From an uncultured Gammaproteobacteria bacterium (GTDB lineage: Bacteria > Patescibacteriota > Microgenomatia > UBA10105 > UBA927): a stretch of 64,000 nucleotides of DNA. The DNA is taken from assembly GCA_964515005.1 (NCBI GenBank), contig CAZEVT010000003.1:12815-76814 (forward strand), written 5' to 3'. The position numbers and the translations under genes are program-made. Under the pieces are notes generated by a model. That model had not been told where the DNA came from. It searched no databases and worked only from the letters and a program-made list of their open reading frames with translations. Of this stretch, positions 48,245 through 55,634 are shown one piece after another; the first letter of the stretch is position 1; every line of letters starts with the position of its first letter.

Positions 48245-49687
48245 ATGGGAAATCAAAAAAACAGGTTTTTCGGTGTTTGGCTTACGGCAATAGCAATCGT
48301 TGCTTTTGCTCTGCGCCTCTACCATATCAACGGCCCGGTTGCCGACTGGCACAGCTGGCGTCAGTCGGATACGGCCGCAGTTGCGCGTAATTTTCTGCGG
48401 TTTGGGATTGATCCGTTGCATCCGAGGTATGACGACCTGTCCAATATTCAGTCCGGGAAAGACAATCCCATGGGATGGCGGATGGTGGAGTTTCCCATCT
48501 ATCAGACGATAGGTGCGTTTCTTGCCCAATCATTTCCGGGACTCACCATTGAAGTTTGGTTGCGTCTGGTAACTATAGTGGCATCGGTCGGAACGACAGT
48601 ACTGGTTGGCCTTTTGGCCGCAGAATTTATTTCTCCCTTAACCGGAATTATTGCCGCGGGCATCTATGCAGTTCTTCCTTACAGCGTCTATTACGGCCGC
48701 GCGATTCTTCCGGATTCCTTTATGGTATTTTGGGGGGTATTCAGTCTGTGGCTTCTCACACGCGGGAAAGGCTATCCGTGGATTATCGCCAGCGCCGCGG
48801 CCGGGGGAGTTGCGCTTTTATCCAAACCCATGGCCGCGTTTCTTCTTATCCCTGTTCCATATATTGTATTTCGGCAGTTCGGGTTTTCCCGGCAGCTTTT
48901 TGCTCGACTCTTTATATATGCTCTGATAAGTCTCGTTCCACTTATACTTTGGCGCAGGTGGATATTGCAGTTTCCTGAAGGCATTGCCGTCAGCTCGTGG
49001 CTCTTAAACGGAAATGGCATTCGGTTCAAAGGGGCCTGGTTTCGGTGGCTATTTGCCGAGCGCATCGGCAATCTTATTCTGGGGTATTGGGGCCTCATTC
49101 CCTTCGGGCTAGGGCTTGCGGCGTCGGTTACCAAAAAAGAAGGCTGGTTTTTCCGTTTTTGGGCAATCGGGGTTTTGACCTACTTTATTGTCTTTGCCTC
49201 GGGTAACGTGCAGCACGATTATTATCAAATCCTCATCATTCCCGCCCTTGCCATATTTACGGCCAAGGGAATCGTTTCACTTCTCCAATATAAGCGGTCG
49301 GGAATGGTCGTTGCCGCATTGAGTCTTCTTGCGATGCTGGGGTTTTCCTGGTACACCATCCGCACGTACTATTGGATAAACCGCCCGGAAATCGTCGAAG
49401 CGGGGAAGGCCACGGACGCGATGATACCTCGGGACGCCAAAGTGATCGCCTCCTATAACGGGGATACGACATTCTTGTATCAGACCGGCAGGCAAGGTTG
49501 GCCTTTGGGATTTGAAATTGACAAGAAAATCGCGATGGGGGCAACGCACTATGTGACAGTTTCGCCAAGTGACAGTGACGGCGAGACCAAAGACTTGGCA
49601 AATCGGTATACCGTGCTTGTTCGGAACGAAAAATTTGCGATTATTGACCTGACGAGGCCCCGCCTACCGGCGGGCAAGCCAAAATGA
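48245..49687 (+). CDS. GT-C fold glycosyltransferase (PMT_2-like)
   Basis: DWHSWRQSDTAAVARNF, EFPIY, YYGRAILPD, HDYYQ; ATG at 48245. Confidence 0.8.
   Translation: MGNQKNRFFGVWLTAIAIVAFALRLYHINGPVADWHSWRQSDTAAVARNFLRFGIDPLHPRYDDLSNIQSGKDNPMGWRMVEFPIYQTIGAFLAQSFPGLTIEVWLRLVTIVASVGTTVLVGLLAAEFISPLTGIIAAGIYAVLPYSVYYGRAILPDSFMVFWGVFSLWLLTRGKGYPWIIASAAAGGVALLSKPMAAFLLIPVPYIVFRQFGFSRQLFARLFIYALISLVPLILWRRWILQFPEGIAVSSWLLNGNGIRFKGAWFRWLFAERIGNLILGYWGLIPFGLGLAASVTKKEGWFFRFWAIGVLTYFIVFASGNVQHDYYQILIIPALAIFTAKGIVSLLQYKRSGMVVAALSLLAMLGFSWYTIRTYYWINRPEIVEAGKATDAMIPRDAKVIASYNGDTTFLYQTGRQGWPLGFEIDKKIAMGATHYVTVSPSDSDGETKDLANRYTVLVRNEKFAIIDLTRPRLPAGKPK
49659..49678. repeat. Short GC-rich palindromic element at a gene's 3' end (CCCGCC-TACC-GGCGGG-CAAG)
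   Basis: 6-bp perfect stem; encodes part of the C-terminal tail RLPAGK. Confidence 0.45.
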
Positions 49688-50874
49688 AAATTCTTTTTGT
49701 TTCAGCCGTCCTGCCGTACCCCTTGCATTCCGGGGGACAGATCCGGATATATAATCTGCTGAAACGGTTGGGGAAGAAGCACGAGATTCACCTCTATTCC
49801 TTTATCCGGTCGGAAAGTGAAAAAAAGTATCTTCCGAAGTTATCATTTTGCAAAAAGGTCGTCACGGTTCTGCGAGGCCGTGTATGGCAGCCGAAATATC
49901 TGTTCAAAGCAATAACCAGCTCGTACCCTTTGTTATGGAGTAGTTACGATAACCGGGAGATGTTTGGGCTTTTGTCAGGCGAGATTGGCCGCGACAACTA
50001 TGATCTTGTCCATATAGAGCCGGGATATGTGTTCCCGTCGCTCCCCCCGATTGATATTCCTTTGGTGGTGTCCGAACATAATATTGAGCATACGGTCTAT
50101 GCGGCATACGTGGGCACGCTGCCGAAAGTACTAGGACCCTTTCTTTCCCGTGACGTGGAAAAAATAAAACAATGGGAAGAAAAGGTCTGGAAGCGCGCCA
50201 GTCACGTGACTGCAGTCTATGAAGGCGATCAGAAGCATATTGCTTCGATTATTGATCTCAAAAGGGTGAGCATTGTTGGGAACGGCGTTGACCTTGCGCA
50301 GTTCCTTTTCCTGCCGAAAAAGACCCTTTCTCAAAAGGAATTAACATTCCTGTATGTCGGTAACTTTTTGTGGATCGAGAATATTGACGCGGTCGAGTAT
50401 CTCCTCAAGAAGGTTTGGCCCGTTATTATGCAACACTATCCGGGCGCGCGGTTGCGGATTGTGGGGAAGCATCTTCCTCTACGGCTTCGCCTCCTCGGGG
50501 GATCCCCCTCGGTTTCATTTTTTGAACATGTTGAGGAAATTTACAAGGAATATCAATCGGCCGATATTCTTCTTGCGCCCATCCGGGTCGGCGGAGGAAC
50601 AAAATATAAACTGATCGAGGCAATGGGCAGCGGCTTGCCGGTCATCACGACAAGCATTGGCGCACAGGGCATCGAACACAAAGGATCACGGGGACTCCTG
50701 GTTGCTGATTCTCCCGAAGAAGCGCTACAATCCGTGAGGACGCTTCTCGATAATACAAAGAGGATATTTTTGGTGACCAATGCGCGGTCTGTCATTGAGA
50801 AATCTTTTTCCTGGGACGTGATTGCCAAACAACTGGAAGGGGTCTGGAAGCAAACCTATGAACACGGCAACTGA
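49684..50874 (+). CDS. GT4 glycosyltransferase
   Basis: PYPLHSGGQIR, EHNIE, NGVD, N.DAV, PIRVGGGTKYKLIEAMG.G.PV.TT..GA.GI. Confidence 0.88.
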   Translation: MKILFVSAVLPYPLHSGGQIRIYNLLKRLGKKHEIHLYSFIRSESEKKYLPKLSFCKKVVTVLRGRVWQPKYLFKAITSSYPLLWSSYDNREMFGLLSGEIGRDNYDLVHIEPGYVFPSLPPIDIPLVVSEHNIEHTVYAAYVGTLPKVLGPFLSRDVEKIKQWEEKVWKRASHVTAVYEGDQKHIASIIDLKRVSIVGNGVDLAQFLFLPKKTLSQKELTFLYVGNFLWIENIDAVEYLLKKVWPVIMQHYPGARLRIVGKHLPLRLRLLGGSPSVSFFEHVEEIYKEYQSADILLAPIRVGGGTKYKLIEAMGSGLPVITTSIGAQGIEHKGSRGLLVADSPEEALQSVRTLLDNTKRIFLVTNARSVIEKSFSWDVIAKQLEGVWKQTYEHGN

Positions 50875-51733
50875 ACTTTCGATCATCATCGTCAACTTTA
50901 ATACCAAAGACATCACTCGCGCATGTCTGGATTCCATACGGAAATGGTCGGAAGGGCGCCCGTGGGAAATCATCATGGTCGACAACGGCTCGACTGACGG
51001 CAGCGTCGAGATGCTCGAGAAGTACCCGGGAATTACCCTCATTTTAAACAAAAAAAATTTGGGATTTGCGAAGGCGAATAACAAAGGGATAAAGGTTGCC
51101 AAGGGAAAATATATCCTCCTTTTGAATTCCGATACAGAGATCCATCAGGATTCCGTCCAAACCATGCTGCGATTTATGGATGGGCATCTGAAGGCAGGCG
51201 CGGCTACGTGCAAGCTGGAACTCATGGACGGCACAATGGATCCTGCGTGCCACCGGGGATTTCCTACTCCCTGGGCATCATTGAGCTATCTTCTCGGACT
51301 TGAGAAACTGTTCCCAAAATCCCGGCTATTTGCCGGCTATCACCTTGGGTACAAAAATATGGATATTCCGCACCAGGTGGATTGCGTAAGCGGTGCCTTT
51401 TTTATGGCCCGCCGCGAAGCGATTGACGCGGTAGGAGTACTTGACGAAGATTATTTTTTCTATGCCGAAGATATCGACTGGGCATACCGTTTCAAGAAAA
51501 AAGGGTGGGAGATCTGGTTTAATCCGGAAGCCACGGTTCTGCATAAGAAGAAACAAAGCGGGAGGGCAAATGTACTACGATCTCGACAAATCAAAACCGA
51601 GATGTACTTCCATACGTACAACTGGCTCTTCTTTAAAAAACACTATGCGAAAAAATATGGTCCGTTGGTCTCGATCCCCGTGAGCATTTTTTATACGATC
51701 CGCTTGTTTTTGCTCAAAAACTTTTCTCTATGA
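50858..51733 (+). CDS. GT2 glycosyltransferase (WbbL-like)
   Basis: VDNGSTDGS, NLGFAKANN, LLNSD, SGAF, DEDYFFYAEDID; ATG at 50858. Confidence 0.9.
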   Translation: MNTATELSIIIVNFNTKDITRACLDSIRKWSEGRPWEIIMVDNGSTDGSVEMLEKYPGITLILNKKNLGFAKANNKGIKVAKGKYILLLNSDTEIHQDSVQTMLRFMDGHLKAGAATCKLELMDGTMDPACHRGFPTPWASLSYLLGLEKLFPKSRLFAGYHLGYKNMDIPHQVDCVSGAFFMARREAIDAVGVLDEDYFFYAEDIDWAYRFKKKGWEIWFNPEATVLHKKKQSGRANVLRSRQIKTEMYFHTYNWLFFKKHYAKKYGPLVSIPVSIFYTIRLFLLKNFSL

Positions 51734-52260
51734 AGATTGGCATTGATGCGCGCCTTATCGACGAAACCGGAGTTGGGAGATATATCCGGAACCTTATAGT
51801 GGAACTGGGAAAGATTGATAAGACAAATTCATACGTTGTCTTTTTACGGAAACGTTCCTACGGCGATTTCGTTGCGCCGAATGCGCGCTGGCAAAAACGG
51901 CTTGCGGACGTGCCATGGCATAGCGTCGCCGAACAATTATTTATGCCGGCGATATTTAATGGGGGGAAATTGGATCTCCTCCATGTGCCGTACTTCAACG
52001 TCCCGCTTTTGTACTTTGGGAAATTTATTGTGACGATCCATGATTTAACCGTTCTTCACGTTCATACCGGTAAGGCAAGTACCCTCCCATATTTTTTCTA
52101 TCAAATCCGGCGGTTGGGATATCATCTGTCACTACTAAAAGCGCTTTCCTGGGCAGAAAAGATTATTGCGGTGTCGGGGGCAACGAAGAAAGAAATTACC
52201 GATCATTTTGATGTGCTGCCCGCGGATATTACGGTGATTTACGAAGGGGGATCGTTATGA
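51730..52260 (+). CDS. Split GT4 glycosyltransferase, N-terminal domain subunit
   Basis: IGIDAR, TGVGRY, HVPYFNVP, TIHDL, AVS.ATK; ends VIYEGGSL*. Confidence 0.78.
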   Translation: MKIGIDARLIDETGVGRYIRNLIVELGKIDKTNSYVVFLRKRSYGDFVAPNARWQKRLADVPWHSVAEQLFMPAIFNGGKLDLLHVPYFNVPLLYFGKFIVTIHDLTVLHVHTGKASTLPYFFYQIRRLGYHLSLLKALSWAEKIIAVSGATKKEITDHFDVLPADITVIYEGGSL

Positions 52261-52775
52261 AGACGCCGTATTTTCTCTATGTTGGAAATGCATATCCTCA
52301 TAAAAACCTGGAAATTCTTATAGACGCATTTGCTGCGCTCGGCGGCGATACCACGCTTGTCCTGGTGGGAAAAGATGATTATTTTTATAAACGGCTGAAA
52401 CAAAGTGAACGAGTGAAGACGCTGGGAAACAGAATTGTTTTTAAAACGAGTGTATCGGATAGAGAACTGGGAAGTTTGTACCGCGATGCGCAAGCATTTG
52501 TATTTCCGTCGCTCATGGAAGGCTTCGGATTGCCTGCCATCGAAGCACTTGCCCATGGTTGTCCGGTCATTTGTTCGGATATACCCGTCTTTCATGAGAT
52601 TCTTGGTGAGGCAGCAACATACTTCGATCCGAACGACGTCGACCGCCTTACAAAAATTCTCGCGGTTGCCCTAGAAAAAAGACCCAGAGTCGACGGGAGT
52701 ATCGTAAAGAAGTATTCCTGGCAAAAAATGGCTAAGGAGACATTATCTGTATATGAAAATCGGTCTCGTCTATGA
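52257..52775 (+). CDS. Split GT4 glycosyltransferase, C-terminal (donor-binding) domain subunit
   Basis: YFLYVGNAYPHKN, FPSLMEGFGLPAIEA, SDIPVFHE, YSW; SD AAGGGGG 6 nt upstream; ATGA overlap. Confidence 0.8.
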   Translation: MKTPYFLYVGNAYPHKNLEILIDAFAALGGDTTLVLVGKDDYFYKRLKQSERVKTLGNRIVFKTSVSDRELGSLYRDAQAFVFPSLMEGFGLPAIEALAHGCPVICSDIPVFHEILGEAATYFDPNDVDRLTKILAVALEKRPRVDGSIVKKYSWQKMAKETLSVYENRSRL

Positions 52776-53871
52776 CCGCGTAAATAAATGGGGCGGGGCT
52801 GAGCGGGTTCTTCTTGCGCTCCATGAGATTTGGCCGGAGGCGCCGCTTTATACTGCGGTCTACGACGAGAAACGTGCATCATGGGCAAAGGTATTTGAGG
52901 TTCATCCTTCGTTCCTGCAGCATATTCCCTTCGCCAAAAATAATCACGAGTTTTATCCATGGTTTACTCCCATGGCCTTTGAAACGTTTCGCTTTGACGG
53001 ATATGATGCAGTGCTTTCAGTGACGTCTGCGGAGGCTAAAAATATTATTACCAAGCCCGGTACCGTGCATATATGCTACTCCCTGACCCCGACGCGATAT
53101 CTTTGGAGCGGAGAGAAAGAATATGTAAAATATTCAGATCAAATTTCATCACACATGTTTCGTCTGTGGAGGGCGACGCTCAAACGATGGGACCAGGTTG
53201 CGGCTTCGCGACCCGATTATTATCTTGCCATTTCCAACCATGTTGCGGGTCGCATAAGGAAATACTACCAGCGGGAAACAGAAAAAGTTATCTATCCGCC
53301 GGTTGATCTTCAGATGTTTCGGCCAGAGGCCGATCAGCCTTTGGCTGATACGCCGAATGGTAAAGGCGACTATTTTCTTTGTGTTGCAAGGCTCGTGCCG
53401 TATAAACGTGTGGACCTTGTCATAGATGCGTTTAACAAATTAGGCTGGCTGCTCAAAATTATCGGCAGGGGTAGAAGCGAGTCATCGCTTCGGCAAAAGG
53501 CAAAAAAGAATATTGAATTTGTCGGTGGTGATTTGACAGATGAAGAAGTCCGTGCCTATTATCAAAAGGCCCGTGCTTTTGTGTTTGGGGGCGTCGAAGA
53601 CTTTGGTATTGTATCGCTTGAGGCTCAAGCATGCGGCAAGCCGGTGATTTGCCCGCGGGACTCCGGAATGGCGGAAACCGTGATGGAGGGCAAAACCGGA
53701 GAATTGTTCAGCGAGCAGTCAGTCGGTTCGCTTACCGCCGCGTTGCGAAAGTTTGATAAAGGGTGGTATGATAGCGACTTCTGCCGCACAAACGCAGAAA
53801 AATTTTCTATGGACCGATTTAAAAAAGAAATGAAGGAGACTGTGATGAGGTTGGCGACACATACACTATGA
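52753..53871 (+). CDS. GT4 glycosyltransferase (WbaZ-like mannosyltransferase)
   Basis: GGAERVL, TPTRYLW, VIYPPV, RLVPYKR, EDFGIVSLEAQACG. Confidence 0.9.
   Translation: MKIGLVYDRVNKWGGAERVLLALHEIWPEAPLYTAVYDEKRASWAKVFEVHPSFLQHIPFAKNNHEFYPWFTPMAFETFRFDGYDAVLSVTSAEAKNIITKPGTVHICYSLTPTRYLWSGEKEYVKYSDQISSHMFRLWRATLKRWDQVAASRPDYYLAISNHVAGRIRKYYQRETEKVIYPPVDLQMFRPEADQPLADTPNGKGDYFLCVARLVPYKRVDLVIDAFNKLGWLLKIIGRGRSESSLRQKAKKNIEFVGGDLTDEEVRAYYQKARAFVFGGVEDFGIVSLEAQACGKPVICPRDSGMAETVMEGKTGELFSEQSVGSLTAALRKFDKGWYDSDFCRTNAEKFSMDRFKKEMKETVMRLATHTL
53319..53348 (+). repeat. 30-bp palindromic element, copy 2 (in-frame, GT-B interdomain linker)
   Basis: TCGGCCAGAGG-CCGATCAG-CCTTTGGCTGA, 11-bp stem with 2 G-T pairs; encodes RPEADQPLAD. 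Confidence 0.85.
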
Positions 53872-54950
53872 AGGCAATAATATTCGCAGGCGGAGTAGGC
53901 ACAAGGCTGTGGCCGCTTTCCCGAAAAAAATCCCCCAAGCAATTTGAAAAAATTGTCGGCAACAAGTCGACCCTCCAGTTGGCTGCGCAGCGTCTTCTCC
54001 CTGATTTTTCCTGGAAAGACATCTATGTTTCGACCGGCAAGCCGTACGTTGAACTGATTCAAAAACAGCTCCCCGAGGTGCCTGCCGATCAGGTTATTGG
54101 TGAACCCGAGATGCGGGATGTTGGGCCTGCCGTCGGCCTTATAACGTCGCTTCTTGTGAAAAAGTCGCCCCTTGAGCCAATGGTCATCCTTTGGAGCGAT
54201 CATCTGGTCAAAAAAGACGCGCTGTTTCGAAAAGTTCTCATGGCCGCGGGGGATATAGTGAAAAAAGAACCCGACCGCATTATTTTTGTTGCCCAAAAGC
54301 CGCGATTTGCTAGTGAAAACCTGGGATGGATTGATTATGGAAAAGAAATGCAGCGGGAAAACGGCGTTCCGTTTCACGCATTTGTCGACTTTCAATACCG
54401 CCCGGACGGGGCCACTGCCAAACGCTACTTGGAAAGCGGCCATCATGCGTGGAATCTCGGGTACTTCGTCACGACCCCGCAATTTTTGTGGAAACAATAC
54501 GAGCGGTTTGCCCCGAATGTTCACCAAGGACTATCCCGGATTGCCGATGCCTGGGGCACTACGCGATTTGAAGAAGTTCTTGCCGAGGTATACCCGACGC
54601 TTGAGAAAATCAGCTTTGACAACGCGATTCTGGAAAAACTCGACCCGGGGGGTGCGCTGGTTGTTTCTGAAAACATCGGATGGAGTGATATTGGCGCGTG
54701 GGAAGCGCTCAAGGAGGCGCTTCAGGAGGCGGAGGACAAAAATGTCACGCAGGGAAAAGTGATTCTAACCGATACGTCCGATTCGCTTGTTTATAACTAC
54801 ACGGATCAGACCATCGCAACGATTGACGTTGATGATATGCTCATCGTTACGACCGATGACGTGGTACTCGTCTGCAAGAAATCATCGGTACCCAAAATAA
54901 AAAAACTGGTCGAAAGCTTGAAAGGGACAGAGCACGAGCATCTGACATAA
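53868..54950 (+). CDS. manC: Mannose-1-phosphate guanylyltransferase
   Basis: AGGVGTRLWPLSR...PKQF, EP..RD.GPA, SDH, WN.G.F, ISFD.AILEK, GWSDIG.W. Confidence 0.88.
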   Translation: MKAIIFAGGVGTRLWPLSRKKSPKQFEKIVGNKSTLQLAAQRLLPDFSWKDIYVSTGKPYVELIQKQLPEVPADQVIGEPEMRDVGPAVGLITSLLVKKSPLEPMVILWSDHLVKKDALFRKVLMAAGDIVKKEPDRIIFVAQKPRFASENLGWIDYGKEMQRENGVPFHAFVDFQYRPDGATAKRYLESGHHAWNLGYFVTTPQFLWKQYERFAPNVHQGLSRIADAWGTTRFEEVLAEVYPTLEKISFDNAILEKLDPGGALVVSENIGWSDIGAWEALKEALQEAEDKNVTQGKVILTDTSDSLVYNYTDQTIATIDVDDMLIVTTDDVVLVCKKSSVPKIKKLVESLKGTEHEHLT

Positions 54951-54957
54951 GCCTTCT

Positions 54958-55596
54958 ATGGGATATTCGTCGACGAAGCGGTGTATCGATATAGGCGGAA
55001 GTGTACTTTTGGGAGTATTCTTTTTTCCCATTTCTCTTGTGACGGCACTAGCCATTTACTTGGATTCCCCCGGACCGATATTTGCCGACACCCCCCAGCG
55101 GGTAGGAAAAGGGGGCAAACTCTTTAAGCTCTATAAATTCCGTTCGATGGTCGTCCATGCGCATGAAAAGCTGCGGAGCGACCCGAAGCTGGCGAAGCTT
55201 TACAGCGAATACAAGAAAAACAGCTACAAGCTTCTGGATGATCCGCGGGTGACCCACGTCGGCCGCTTAATCCGCAAGCACTCACTCGACGAAATTCCCC
55301 AACTTCTCAACGTCATGCGGGGCGACATGAGCCTTGTTGGGCCCCGGCCGTATTACCCGGATGAGCTCGTTGAACAGCAGCGAAAGTATCCGCATACGAA
55401 AGACTTGGTGAAAGTCGTGCTTTCGGCAAAGCCCGGTATTACCGGCCACTGGCAGGTGTCTGGGCGAAGCGAAGTTAACTTTGACAAGCGGATAAAAATG
55501 GATGCAGACTACGTCAAAAAGCGTTCGCTTCTTATGGACATATCGATTCTTCTGAAAAGCCCCTGGGCCATGATCTCGGGCAAAGGCGCGGTGTAG
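54958..55596 (+). CDS. Priming phosphoglycosyl transferase (Bac_transf; WbaP/PglC-type small monotopic PGT)
   Basis: [54 protein letters not shown]. Confidence 0.93.
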   Translation: MGYSSTKRCIDIGGSVLLGVFFFPISLVTALAIYLDSPGPIFADTPQRVGKGGKLFKLYKFRSMVVHAHEKLRSDPKLAKLYSEYKKNSYKLLDDPRVTHVGRLIRKHSLDEIPQLLNVMRGDMSLVGPRPYYPDELVEQQRKYPHTKDLVKVVLSAKPGITGHWQVSGRSEVNFDKRIKMDADYVKKRSLLMDISILLKSPWAMISGKGAV

Positions 55597-55599
55597 CGG

Positions 55600-55628
55600 T
55601 TGACAAGAATTGGGTAATACGCGAAAAT
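55600..55628 (+). promoter_or_regulatory. sigma70-type promoter TTGACA-N17-GAAAAT, 6 nt before ATG
   Basis: Perfect -35 at 55600-55605, 17-nt spacer, imperfect -10. Confidence 0.55.
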
Positions 55629-55634
55629 AATACA

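Noticed and set aside
53625-54527. 300-aa minus-strand ORF
   Set aside because: Antisense shadow of manC and the WbaZ-like gene; no recognisable motifs.
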